From positions 52,584-116,583 of the forward strand of contig WGFM01000021.1 of NCBI GenBank assembly GCA_015492245.1: a DNA stretch of 64,000 nucleotides, in the 5' to 3' direction. Position 1 is the stretch's first letter; every line of letters begins with the position of its first letter. The DNA is from Deltaproteobacteria bacterium (lineage in GTDB: Bacteria > Desulfobacterota > GWC2-55-46 > DRQE01). The notes below the pieces were generated by a model, which saw nothing but the letters and a program-made list of their open reading frames with translations, was not told the origin of the DNA and ran no database searches. A program made the translations under genes and the position numbers. This document shows, piece after piece, positions 1 to 9,484 of the stretch.

Positions 1-1
1 T

Positions 2-793
2 ACCAAGCTGTGGGGGCAGGCCTGGAAAAGGGGTGGACTTTCTTACGGCCCTTACGGCAGAATTATCGAACAGTGCGTCGTTAGAACCCTTCTCCACTTC
101 AATGCCAATAAGCCTGCCATCCTTTCCTATGGTTATTGAGAGCACCACCTCAGGGTTGTCTCTTTCCACCTCGGGGTATACCCAGTTGGAGTGTATCAGC
201 CCCGCTATTGTATTGTAATACTCCATGAGCTCCAGTTCAAAGGTTTTGGAAAGAGATGGTCTTTGCATCGGGATTTTTTCCCCTATCACTATGCGGTCGA
301 ACCTTTCGAGCTGGGCCCGTATCTCTTTTAGTGCCCTTTCCCTTTGTTCCTCTTCCTGCATGCGTTTTCTGGCTATCCTTTCTATGGTCTCCTCTATGGC
401 CTCTTCTTCCTGCCTCTTCTTTACCCGCTCTTCTATTGCCTTTATGGTCTTTTCAACCTCTATGGTCTCATCCACTGCTGGCTTCTTTTCTGGAATCTTT
501 TTTGGTCTCTTATCCAGGGGTGTCTTCCTTGCTGTCTCAGGTGGTTGCCGCTTTTTAGTCTTCTTTGCAGGGATTGCAACTTTTCTCCTCTTCTCCGTCT
601 TCTTCTCGACCTTCTTTACAATCTTCTTTTTTGCCACCTTCTTCTTTCGAGGCTTCTTTTCCAGACTCACAGGTGGGGGGACAAGTTCAACCGGGGTATA
701 TACCGGGGGGAGGAATATCTTTCTTGGTTCTGTTCTTATGAGGAACAGGGCTGTGAGAATCGTTATATGCAGGGCAAAAGAGAGGGCGAGCAT
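2..793 (-). CDS. tolA: TolA/TonB-family energy transducer (3' end truncated by window)
   Basis: Not in the ORF track; translated by hand from ATG 793: N-terminal TM with S-x3-H (MLALSFALHITILTALFL), Lys/Glu-rich linker, TonB/TolA C-domain (YYNTIAGLIHSNWVYP...ITIGKDG...FDNSAVRAVRKSTPFP); follows tolQR. Confidence 0.85.
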   Translation of the reverse strand, partial: MLALSFALHITILTALFLIRTEPRKIFLPPVYTPVELVPPPVSLEKKPRKKKVAKKKIVKKVEKKTEKRRKVAIPAKKTKKRQPPETARKTPLDKRPKKIPEKKPAVDETIEVEKTIKAIEERVKKRQEEEAIEETIERIARKRMQEEEQRERALKEIRAQLERFDRIVIGEKIPMQRPSLSKTFELELMEYYNTIAGLIHSNWVYPEVERDNPEVVLSITIGKDGRLIGIEVEKGSNDALFDNSAVRAVRKSTPFPGLPPQLG

Positions 794-860
794 CTTTTTG
801 AACCTCGAGTCTTCTTTCCACAGGTGGGACTGTAGTCTGCCCTCTCCACGATTTTTCTTG

Positions 861-1259
861 TTATCTTTTGCCGACAGGTTCGGTCACCATCCCTATCTTT
901 TCTATGCCTGCGTTCCTTATCGCGCCCATCAGGCGGGCAACCCTGCCATAAGAGACATCTTTGTCTGCCCTCAGGTAGACCATCCTTGCACCTTTCTTTC
1001 TGTAGATGACCTTGAGCTTCTGTGTGAACTCGGCTTCTTTCACCTGTTTCCTGTTTACAAAGATTCTGCCCCTTTTGTCTATAGAGACTATCACCGGTTC
1101 CCTTGGCGTGGTGAGGGTTGATGTCTCTACCTCCGGTAGGTTCACATCTATGCCTGTCTCAAGAAGAGGTGCTGCTATTATGAATATGATCAGGAGCACC
1201 AGCATTACATCCACAAAAGGGGTTACATTTATTTCTGAAAGAAGCCTTCTGCGCGCCAT
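861..1259 (-). CDS. tolR: TolR/ExbD biopolymer transport protein
   Basis: EINVTPFVDVMLVLLIIF and LRADKDVSYG motifs. Confidence 0.93.
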   Translation of the reverse strand: MARRRLLSEINVTPFVDVMLVLLIIFIIAAPLLETGIDVNLPEVETSTLTTPREPVIVSIDKRGRIFVNRKQVKEAEFTQKLKVIYRKKGARMVYLRADKDVSYGRVARLMGAIRNAGIEKIGMVTEPVGKR

Positions 1260-1260
1260 C

Positions 1261-1917
1261 TTATTCCTCGCGTTGCCCCTTTTTGCTGAGTCTGACCAGA
1301 AGATCCACAGAGAAACTCTCTGTTGCCTGCATGAGCCGTTCTATGCGTGCCTGCAGGTGGTTGTATCCTATAACCGCAGGGATTGCTGCAAAGAGTCCCA
1401 TGGCTGTTGCCACAAGTGCCTCTGCTATCCCTGGGGCCACAACGGCAAGGTTTGCAGTTCCCTTGAGTCCTATGGAACGGAAGGTATTCATTATGCCCCA
1501 TACAGTGCCAAAAAGTCCTATGAAGGGGGCTGTGTTGGCAGTTGTGGCCAGAAACTGCAAGGACCGCTCGAACCATACACGCTCGTTCTCTATCCTCTTC
1601 TGGATCACCCTGTTGAGACCGGTATCTGCCACCGAAGAGCCCATGGCAGTGTATACATCCCTCATAAGACGAGAGAAGGGGGTGAATCCATAGTTTTTCG
1701 CAACGCTCATCACCTGCTGTGGATCAGATGTTTTTATAAAGAGGTTGAAGAAAGAGGAACTCTCCTTTTCGGCCTTCCTCAACATGCTTAGCTTGTAGAA
1801 TATTATGGCCCATGTAAGCACCGACATTGCCAGTAATATGAGCAGAACCAGCTTTACCACAGGCCCTGCTCCCCACACCATCTCCCATAAATGGGTATTG
1901 CCTCCTGCACCAGCCAT
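1261..1917 (-). CDS. tolQ: TolQ/ExbB proton channel protein
   Basis: PFIGLFGTVWGIM and VAPGIAEALVATAMGLFAAIPAV motifs; start moved to ATG 1917 because GAGGAG RBS lies upstream. Confidence 0.93.
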   Translation of the reverse strand: MAGAGGNTHLWEMVWGAGPVVKLVLLILLAMSVLTWAIIFYKLSMLRKAEKESSSFFNLFIKTSDPQQVMSVAKNYGFTPFSRLMRDVYTAMGSSVADTGLNRVIQKRIENERVWFERSLQFLATTANTAPFIGLFGTVWGIMNTFRSIGLKGTANLAVVAPGIAEALVATAMGLFAAIPAVIGYNHLQARIERLMQATESFSVDLLVRLSKKGQREE

Positions 1918-2086
1918 GATCGATATACTCCTCAGTTTGTTTATATAGCTCAAAGACAATAATTAACATTTTTGTGTTCCACAAGTCAACAACTATGGAT
2001 TCTTACCGATATAGATGTTGGTGCCAATAACTTGACAGGGGGGCGTTTTATATTAAACTTGTCAAAAGGAGGTCTACAGGGCGTCT

Positions 2087-2803
2087 ATGGAGAAGGAGAG
2101 AAGAGGGCTTGTAGAGATTAAGGTATGGGACTGGCAGTTGAGACTACTCCACTGGGCCATGGCGCTACTGGTTATAACACTGCTTTTGCTTGTAGTGGGC
2201 TATGAGTGGCTCGAGGACATGGGCGTAGAAGAAGAGGGGCTCGAGGCCGTCCACAAAATCCATGCCTACACAGGACACATACTTGCTGTTGTACTCATGC
2301 TTCGTGTGGTATGGGGGTTCGTTGGCAACCGATACGCAAGATGGTCCGATATAATAGGACTCAGGTGGTCCGATATATGGGGCCATATAAGGTGGATACT
2401 CGGTGGACTGAAGGGCGCGCCGCCAACAAGCATAGGACACAACCCCCTTGCCTCCCTTTTCTACATACCCCTCTTTGTGGTGCTCACCACCCAGGTCATC
2501 TCAGGTGTTATACTTGCAGGTGAGGAGTTCAAGATGTTTCCAGGAAACCTTGTCGTTGAGAATCGCATTGTTACACATACAGGTGAGGCCATGGCCCACG
2601 ATGGCAATGAAGAAGAGGAAGAAGAAGGTATGGAGGAGTTCCTTGAGGCGATACACGAGTTCGGATTCTACTTTATCATATTCTATCTCGTGGCCCACCT
2701 TACTGGCCTCGTGCTCCACGAGATAGGAGAAAGAAGAGGGCTTTTTTCCTCCATGATAAATGGCCGGAAATACTACCAGGAGGACGAGTTGGAGGGGGAT
2801 TAG
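2087..2803 (+). CDS. Di-heme cytochrome b (Ni-hydrogenase cytochrome b / b561-like)
   Basis: VWD..LRLLHW, HAYTG, RVVWGFVG..YARW, GHNPL, IHE, AHLTG, SMING motifs; four TM His; AGGAGG RBS. Confidence 0.88.
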   Translation: MEKERRGLVEIKVWDWQLRLLHWAMALLVITLLLLVVGYEWLEDMGVEEEGLEAVHKIHAYTGHILAVVLMLRVVWGFVGNRYARWSDIIGLRWSDIWGHIRWILGGLKGAPPTSIGHNPLASLFYIPLFVVLTTQVISGVILAGEEFKMFPGNLVVENRIVTHTGEAMAHDGNEEEEEEGMEEFLEAIHEFGFYFIIFYLVAHLTGLVLHEIGERRGLFSSMINGRKYYQEDELEGD

Positions 2804-2889
2804 CGCCCCTGAATTGCCCAGGAAATGCCTTGAAAAACAATAGCTTGCCAGGTTGCTTAAAAAAACTTAATCCATCCCTACAATTTCTC

Positions 2890-2919
2890 TTGACAACTTT
2901 ATGACAAAAATCATATAAT
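2890..2919 (+). promoter_or_regulatory. Sigma70 promoter of the cytochrome c-narGHJI operon with palindromic operator in the spacer
   Basis: TTGACA(2890)-N18-TATAAT(2914); TATGA-N6-TCATA at 2900-2915. Confidence 0.75.
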
Positions 2920-3054
2920 TCGCTCTAAATTTAAGGGGGCGGGAATGGGAGCTAAACCCATCAACAGGCTCAACATTAAAATATGCCAGAGTGGGCAGCG
3001 CCTGGAGGCGTTGTTTCATCTCTGGCATTATTTTTTAAAGAAAGGAGGTATATA

Positions 3055-3627
3055 ATGGTCCGTCATGTAACGAGGAGGCTTTTAGTTGTAAGGGTTCTCG
3101 TGCTCGTAGCACTGTTGTCTGCAGGATTGATCTTCATGATGCCTGCCCTTGGTTCTGCACAGGAGGTGGCTGGTTCTGGTGATGTTGAGGCCGGCAGGGC
3201 ACTCTTTACAGGAGAGCGTGCGTTTAAAAACGGTGGTCCTTCATGTATATCCTGTCATAATGCTGGCAGGGTCGGTGCTCTCGGTGGTGGCACCCTTGGA
3301 CCAGATCTTACAAAAGTATGGGAACAGAAACCCTTCCTGATCGACTCTAACTGGCTTAACAGTGAGGGTGTGCCGGTGATGGGGCCTGTCTTCTCTCGAC
3401 AAAAGCTCACAGACGATGAGGTGGAAGACCTGAAGGCATTCTTCAGTGTTGTGGCAGCAGAGAGTCCTGTGGCAGGGGGAGGAAAGTTCTTCACAGGTGG
3501 AATAATAGGTTCTATAGTCATGCTTGTATTCTTCAGTATAATATGGGGTAACCGTTACAGAAAGAGGTGTCAGGGCACAGCACACGATGCCCTTTGGAGA
3601 AATTACGGTGGAAAAGGAGGGAGGTAA
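3055..3627 (+). CDS. Membrane-anchored monoheme cytochrome c (NarC-like)
   Basis: Signal peptide, CISCH heme motif, GPDLT, distal Met (PVM), C-terminal TM helix; AAGGAGG before ATG 3055; 3 bp upstream of narG. Confidence 0.88.
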   Translation: MVRHVTRRLLVVRVLVLVALLSAGLIFMMPALGSAQEVAGSGDVEAGRALFTGERAFKNGGPSCISCHNAGRVGALGGGTLGPDLTKVWEQKPFLIDSNWLNSEGVPVMGPVFSRQKLTDDEVEDLKAFFSVVAAESPVAGGGKFFTGGIIGSIVMLVFFSIIWGNRYRKRCQGTAHDALWRNYGGKGGR

Positions 3628-3630
3628 GAG

Positions 3631-6600
3631 ATGGCTACTTCATGGATACAGGATATAGTTAACCCTGTCAAACGCGGTTGGGAGGAGTTTTACCGCAACC
3701 GCTGGCAGTACGATAAGACCGTAAGAAGCACCCATGGCAACAACTGCACGGGTGGGTGCAGCTGGTGGGTGTATGTGAAGGACGGGCTTGTAACATGGGA
3801 GCTCCAGGCAACAGATTATCCTCTGCTCGATGAGAGCATACCACCTTACGAGCCCAGGGGTTGTCAGAGGGGTATATCCTCCTCATGGTATGTATACAGC
3901 CCTGTGAGGGTAAAATATCCCTACATAAGAAGCACTCTTCTCGAGTACTGGAGAGAGGCAAGGAAGAAATACAGTGATCCCGTCCAGGCATGGGCAAGCA
4001 TAGTAGAAGACCCCGAGAAGAGCAAGAAGGTCAAATGGTCAAGAGGAAAGGGTGGTTTCCGCAGGCACATCTGGGATGAGGTGTGCGAGATTATAGCAGC
4101 AGCCCAGATATATACCATAAAGAATTATGGACCTGATCGTAACATAAGCTTCTCACCCATACCAGCCATGAGCCAGGTAAGTTATGCGGCTGGCGCAAGG
4201 TATCACCAGCTCATAGGCGGTGTGAGCATGAGTTTCTACGATTATTACACAGACCTTCCTCCATCATCCCCTGAGATATGGGGTGAGCAGACAGATGTTG
4301 CCGAGAGTGCAGACTGGTACAACGCAGGCTATGTCGTGGTGCTCGGTGCAACCCCCAACAGGACAAGGACCGCAGACTGCCATTTTATGTCAGAGTTAAG
4401 GTATGGTGGAGCGAAGGTGGTGGTGATGTCGCCAGACTATGCAGAGGTTACGAAGTATGCAGACCTGTGGCTGCCTGTTAAGACCGGCTCTGACGGTGCG
4501 TTCTGGATGAGTGTTATCCATGTGATACTCAAAGAGTTCTATGTGGACAGACAGGTTCCATACTTCGTCCAGTACGTGAAGAACTATACGGACATGCCCC
4601 ATCTGGTGAAGCTTCAGAAAGGTGAAGACGGCTGGGAGATGGGCAGGTATCTCAGGGCATGTGATCTTGCAGACTACCAGGATGATGACAACCCCGAGTG
4701 GAAGTTTGCAATGTGGGATACCAGGAGCCAGAGGCCAAGGATTGTCTATGGAGGTATTGGCTACAGGTATCCGCAGAAAAAGGAGAACGAGGGCAAGTGG
4801 AATACCCTCATGAAAGACGGCAAGACAGGTGAAGATATAGACCCGGCACTGTCTCTGCTCGATATGAAGGATGATGTGCTGGAGCTCAACACCTATGAGC
4901 TCGATACCGGCGAGGTCTACAAGAGGCAGGTTCCTGTAAAGTATGTTGAGACAGTTACAGAGGGCAGGGTGGCTGTAACCACCGTGTTTGATCTCCATAT
5001 GGCACAGTTTGGTGTTGCAAGAGATGGCCTCAGTGGAGACTATGCAACAGGCTACGATGATGACAAGGGGTTCACACCCGCATGGCAGGAGAAATACACC
5101 GGTATAGGCAGAGACACTGTCATACAGGTTGCAAGGGAGTTTGCCTCCAACGCAGAGGTTACAAGGGGTAGAAGCATGGTCATAGTTGGAGCCAGTATCA
5201 ACCACTGGTACCATGCGGACCTTATCTATCGTGCCTTCACAGATGCCCTCATGCTCTGCGGATGTGTTGGCAGAAACGGTGGAGGCATGAATCACTATGT
5301 TGGGCAGGAAAGGCTTGCTCCGTTCGATGCATGGGGACAGGTGGCCTTTGCGCTGGACTGGGCAAGACCTCCACGCCAGCAGAACACACCAAGCTACTGG
5401 TACATATACACAGAGCAGTGGAAGTATGACTCTGCAATAACCGATTATCACAAGGTGCCTGACCCTGAAAAGCTGGATTACAAGCACACTGCAGACTACA
5501 ATGTGAGGGCCGTAAGGATGGGGCATCTGCCCTGGTATCCACAGTTCAACCAGAACAGCATCGCCCTTGCGGAAGAGGCACAGAAGAACGGGGCAAAGAC
5601 AGATGCAGAGATAATAGACTATGTGGTCAAAAAACTCAAGGATGGCTCACTCAGGTTCTCCGTAGAAGACCCCGATGCCCCGGAGAACTGGCCAAGGGTG
5701 TGGATGATATGGAGGGGCAATGCCCTGGGCTCGAGCGCAAGGGGACAGGAGTTCTTCTTCAAGTTCCTCCTTGGAACCCACCACAATGTGGGCGCAGAGG
5801 AGGCCGCAAAGCCCTATGTCGAGGAGATAACCTACAGGGAAAGCCCCATAGGCAAGCTTGATCTGCTTGTGAGCATAGAGATGAGGATGAACACAACCCC
5901 TGTATATTGCGACATAGTGCTCCCTGCTGCACACTGGTACGAGAAGGAGGACATAAACACAACAGACCTCCATTCCTATATACTTCCCATGGGTGCTGCG
6001 GTGCCACCAAACTGGGAGGCAAAGAGCGACTGGGATGCATACAAGTTCCTTGCAAAGAAGTTCAGTGAGATAGCAAAGAACCATTTCTCAGGACCTGTGA
6101 AGGATGTGTTGGCGGCACCACTGCAGCATGATACCCCGGCCGAGATAACACAGCCCGCCCTTGATGGCATAAAGGACTGGAAAAGGGGTGAATGTGATCC
6201 CATACCTGGCATAACCATGCCGAATATGGTTGTGGCCCAAAGGGATTATCCCAATATCTACAACCGCTACATCTCACTGGGACCCCTTATGAAGAGTAAG
6301 TACGGCTTCCACGGTATTATGACCGATGGTGGGCCAGTATACGAAGAATACATGAACAAGGAGCACACCAATGTGCTCGAATGGGGTGGCCAGAAGTATA
6401 TCTCACTTAAAGAGGCCAAGGAAGTGGCCAATGTGATACTGTTCTTCTCGAGCCTCACCAACGGAGAGGTGAACTACAAACAGTGGAAGATAGAGGAGCA
6501 CCATACAGGCCTCTACGGGGACAACTACCGGGAGGCAAAGAAGGCTGTGAAGGCCATCTACGGAGACGAGGTGAAGGAATACGAGGAGTACAATGGTGTG

Positions 6601-7359
6601 GCAGATGAAGTGGGGCTTCCAACCAGAGAGGTAAGGATGACCTACGATGACATAGCTGCCCAGCCCCGAAGGTGGCTCACCAGCCCGATGTGGAGTGGTG
6701 ATACCCGTAGTGGCAGGGCCTACACAGGTTTTACCCTGCAGATAGACTACAGGCTGCCATGGAGAACCCTTACAGGCAGGCAGCACTTCTATCTGGACCA
6801 CCCGACCTTCCTGGAGTTCGGTGAGGGTGTGGTAACCCACAAGTACAAGCTGGACCCCAGAAAGATGAACGAGATAGAGAAGAGCGACAAGACCGATGCC
6901 ATAGTGTGTAACTACATTACACCACATGGCAAGTGGCAGATCCATTCAACCCATTACGACAACCTGAGGATGCTCACACTCTCCAGGGGTGGTAACACCA
7001 TATGGCTGAACGACAGGGATGCCGAAAGTGTGGGCATAAAGGACAACGACTGGGTGGAGGCCTACAACGACAACGGTATCTTCGTCTGCAGAGCCATAGT
7101 GAGCGCCAGAATACCCCAGGGTGTTGCCTTTGCATACCATTCGATGGAGAGAACCATAAACATACCCAAGTCCGAGCAGCGCAACAAGATAAGGGGTGGA
7201 TTCCACAATAGCCTTACAAGACAGCGTCTCAAACCAACCCTCATGTGTGGTGGATATGGACAGTTCTCCTACGGGTTCAATTCGTGGGGGCCAATTCCAA
7301 TAATCAGGGATACAACCATACTTGTAAGGAAAATGAGAAACCAGGAGGTGAAGTGGTAA
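3631..7359 (+). CDS. narG: Nitrate reductase / nitrite oxidoreductase alpha subunit (Mo-bisPGD, cytoplasmic type)
   Basis: STHGNNCTGGCSW...PRGC FS0 motif, FSPIPAMS, DLPP..PEIWGEQTDV.ESADWYNA, HYVGQE, TLTGRQHFYLDH, TPHGKWQIHS; no Tat signal. Confidence 0.96.
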   Translation: MATSWIQDIVNPVKRGWEEFYRNRWQYDKTVRSTHGNNCTGGCSWWVYVKDGLVTWELQATDYPLLDESIPPYEPRGCQRGISSSWYVYSPVRVKYPYIRSTLLEYWREARKKYSDPVQAWASIVEDPEKSKKVKWSRGKGGFRRHIWDEVCEIIAAAQIYTIKNYGPDRNISFSPIPAMSQVSYAAGARYHQLIGGVSMSFYDYYTDLPPSSPEIWGEQTDVAESADWYNAGYVVVLGATPNRTRTADCHFMSELRYGGAKVVVMSPDYAEVTKYADLWLPVKTGSDGAFWMSVIHVILKEFYVDRQVPYFVQYVKNYTDMPHLVKLQKGEDGWEMGRYLRACDLADYQDDDNPEWKFAMWDTRSQRPRIVYGGIGYRYPQKKENEGKWNTLMKDGKTGEDIDPALSLLDMKDDVLELNTYELDTGEVYKRQVPVKYVETVTEGRVAVTTVFDLHMAQFGVARDGLSGDYATGYDDDKGFTPAWQEKYTGIGRDTVIQVAREFASNAEVTRGRSMVIVGASINHWYHADLIYRAFTDALMLCGCVGRNGGGMNHYVGQERLAPFDAWGQVAFALDWARPPRQQNTPSYWYIYTEQWKYDSAITDYHKVPDPEKLDYKHTADYNVRAVRMGHLPWYPQFNQNSIALAEEAQKNGAKTDAEIIDYVVKKLKDGSLRFSVEDPDAPENWPRVWMIWRGNALGSSARGQEFFFKFLLGTHHNVGAEEAAKPYVEEITYRESPIGKLDLLVSIEMRMNTTPVYCDIVLPAAHWYEKEDINTTDLHSYILPMGAAVPPNWEAKSDWDAYKFLAKKFSEIAKNHFSGPVKDVLAAPLQHDTPAEITQPALDGIKDWKRGECDPIPGITMPNMVVAQRDYPNIYNRYISLGPLMKSKYGFHGIMTDGGPVYEEYMNKEHTNVLEWGGQKYISLKEAKEVANVILFFSSLTNGEVNYKQWKIEEHHTGLYGDNYREAKKAVKAIYGDEVKEYEEYNGVADEVGLPTREVRMTYDDIAAQPRRWLTSPMWSGDTRSGRAYTGFTLQIDYRLPWRTLTGRQHFYLDHPTFLEFGEGVVTHKYKLDPRKMNEIEKSDKTDAIVCNYITPHGKWQIHSTHYDNLRMLTLSRGGNTIWLNDRDAESVGIKDNDWVEAYNDNGIFVCRAIVSARIPQGVAFAYHSMERTINIPKSEQRNKIRGGFHNSLTRQRLKPTLMCGGYGQFSYGFNSWGPIPIIRDTTILVRKMRNQEVKW

Positions 7360-8882
7360 TGGATATAAGAATACAGCTTTCAATGTGTTTCCATCTTGAC
7401 AAGTGTATAGGGTGTCATACATGTAGTGTGTCCTGCAAGAATGTGTGGACAACCCGCCAGGGTGCTGAATACATGTGGTGGAACAATGTTGAGACAAAGC
7501 CGGGTGCAGGGTATCCACTTACATGGGAGGACCAGCAGCGCTACATGGGTGGCTGGGAGGTAACTGCCACAGGGGCGCTCAGGCTCAAGCTCCTTAAGGG
7601 TCCTGGAAAACTCAGGACCCTTGCCAATATATTCTTCCAGCCCAATCTTCCAACGATAGATGACTACTACGAGCCATTTACCTTCGACTATGACAACCTT
7701 TTCAATGCTCCACTTGGGGATGACCAGCCCGTGGCGAGGCCAAAGAGCCTTATAACAGGTGAGTTCATGGACAAGGTTGCCCTGGGGCCAAACTGGGATG
7801 ACGACTTCGGAGGCTCACCACTTTACGCTGCAAATGATCCGAACCTCAAGGGCCTCAGTGAATCACAGAAGCAGATGCTCACACACTTCCACAGGCTCTT
7901 TTACTTCTACTTCCCCAGAATATGTAACCACTGTCTGAACCCTGCCTGTGTCGCATCCTGTCCATCAGGTGCAATATACAAGAGGGGTGAGGACGGCATA
8001 GTCCTTATAGATCAGGATACCTGCAGGGCATGGCGTTTCTGTGTGAGTGCATGCCCCTACAAGAAACCATACTACAACTGGAACACAGGTAAGAGCGAGA
8101 AATGCATATTCTGTTACCCCAGGCTCGAGGTTGGTGAGGTCAATGCATGCGCCCATGCCTGTACCGGAAGGATAAGGTTCGTGGGCGTGCTCTTCTATGA
8201 CGCCGACAAGATAGAAGATGTGGCAAAACAGCCCGATGACAGGGTCGTTGAGGCCATGCGCGAGATAGTGCTTGACCCCGAAGACCCCAAGGTTGTTGAG
8301 GCCGCTACAAAGAGTGGGGTTGAGGAGAACTGGATATGGGCTGCACAGAACTCTCCTGCCTACAAGCTCTTCAAGAAGTGGCGAATAGCTCTACCACATC
8401 ACCCTGAGTTCAGAACCGTGCCCATGAACTTCTATCTGCCACCACTCTCTCCCATACTCCACCAGGCAAAGGGTGACGAGGGTGGCACATATGACCCTGA
8501 GAGCATGGAGTTCTTCAACGATGTGGAACTGATGAGGATACCGGTGAAATATCTTGCAAACCTCCTTTCGGCAGGCAATGAGGAGCTGGTGATGGAGTCC
8601 CTCAAGAAGCAGATGGCAGTGAGGATGTATATAAGACAGCTCCGTGTCGGTGATGTGGGAGATGCAAAGGTGAAGAGTGCACTCGATGAGGTGGGTCTCA
8701 CAGCCGAGGATGCATGGGAGATCTACAAGCTCGTATCCATTGCCACATTCACCGAGAGGTTTGTAATACCGAAGACACACCGTGAGATAAAGACAACCAT
8801 AGATCCAAGAACCATGTATGAGAAGAGAGGTTCCGTAGGGTTCGGTAGAAAAAGAAAAGAACTGGTAGCAAGAGAGTGGTAA
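7359..8882 (+). CDS. narH: Nitrate reductase beta (Fe-S) subunit
   Basis: LDKCIGCHTCSVSCK, CNHCLNPACVASCPSG, CRAWRFCVSACPY, KCIFCYPR; ATG 7359 overlaps narG stop. Confidence 0.96.
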   Translation: MDIRIQLSMCFHLDKCIGCHTCSVSCKNVWTTRQGAEYMWWNNVETKPGAGYPLTWEDQQRYMGGWEVTATGALRLKLLKGPGKLRTLANIFFQPNLPTIDDYYEPFTFDYDNLFNAPLGDDQPVARPKSLITGEFMDKVALGPNWDDDFGGSPLYAANDPNLKGLSESQKQMLTHFHRLFYFYFPRICNHCLNPACVASCPSGAIYKRGEDGIVLIDQDTCRAWRFCVSACPYKKPYYNWNTGKSEKCIFCYPRLEVGEVNACAHACTGRIRFVGVLFYDADKIEDVAKQPDDRVVEAMREIVLDPEDPKVVEAATKSGVEENWIWAAQNSPAYKLFKKWRIALPHHPEFRTVPMNFYLPPLSPILHQAKGDEGGTYDPESMEFFNDVELMRIPVKYLANLLSAGNEELVMESLKKQMAVRMYIRQLRVGDVGDAKVKSALDEVGLTAEDAWEIYKLVSIATFTERFVIPKTHREIKTTIDPRTMYEKRGSVGFGRKRKELVAREW

Positions 8883-9466
8883 TGGCAACGGCAGAGAGAA
8901 AGGGCCTGTATTATACATTTGCACGGATGGTAGAGTATCCCTGGGAGGATATAGGGGGGATGGTGGATGAGTGCATAGAGATGCTCATGCACCATCCCGA
9001 GTATCCTCCGGAGGTAAGAGAGGAAATCGAAAAATTCAAGAAAGAGACCGAAGGCATGGCACTCGATGAGCTGCAGGAGCTCTATTCCTATACATTTGAG
9101 TTCTCATCTGACTACACCATCGACATGGGTTACCACCTCTACGATGGGTTCAAGAGGGCGAACCACCTTCTCAAGATAAAGCAGATATACAGGGAATACG
9201 AGTTCCCATACGAAGAGGTGGCAAGGGGGGAGTTGCCCGATAATCTGGTGGTGGTGCTCAAGTTTATAGATGGTCTCAGTGATATGGAGGTGGAAAGGGA
9301 TATAAAGGAGAATTTTCTCATCAAGGCCCTTGAGAAACTCAACAAGAACTTCGAGCTTACCAACAGCGATTGTCCCTACAGACACATCATAAAGGCTCTT
9401 CTCATGGTCATCGACAAGGATATAAAGATGACAGGGGAGATGGAAAAAGAAGGCCATAAAGCATAA
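8882..9466 (+). CDS. narJ: Nitrate reductase molybdenum cofactor assembly chaperone
   Basis: LQELYSYTFE, GELPDNL..VLKF; position between narH and narI. Confidence 0.88.
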   Translation: MATAERKGLYYTFARMVEYPWEDIGGMVDECIEMLMHHPEYPPEVREEIEKFKKETEGMALDELQELYSYTFEFSSDYTIDMGYHLYDGFKRANHLLKIKQIYREYEFPYEEVARGELPDNLVVVLKFIDGLSDMEVERDIKENFLIKALEKLNKNFELTNSDCPYRHIIKALLMVIDKDIKMTGEMEKEGHKA

Positions 9467-9484
9467 ATTAAAGGAGGGTAAGAT

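Noticed and set aside
225-1121. 298-aa plus-strand ORF rich in Phe/Ser/Leu
   Set aside because: Antisense shadow of the Lys/Glu-rich tolA and of tolR.
1986-2065. Possible sigma28 site (TCAAC-N14-ACCGATAT), minus-strand TGGCAC, and TTGACA-N22-TGTCAA inverted repeat
   Set aside because: Spacing and -35 are poor for sigma28, there is no GC at -12 for sigma54, and the inverted hexamers are most simply divergent -35 elements.
4396-5526. 376-aa minus-strand ORF and other long antisense ORFs (23878-24894, 36117-37682, 60778-61755)
   Set aside because: They lie entirely opposite well-conserved genes, show no motifs, and are expected from the codon bias.
7245-7358. Long N-terminal extensions in the ORF track (narH, flgB, fliK, fliL, flgF, pseB)
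   Set aside because: Downstream ATGs have good RBSs or translational coupling, and the extensions overlap promoters or upstream genes.
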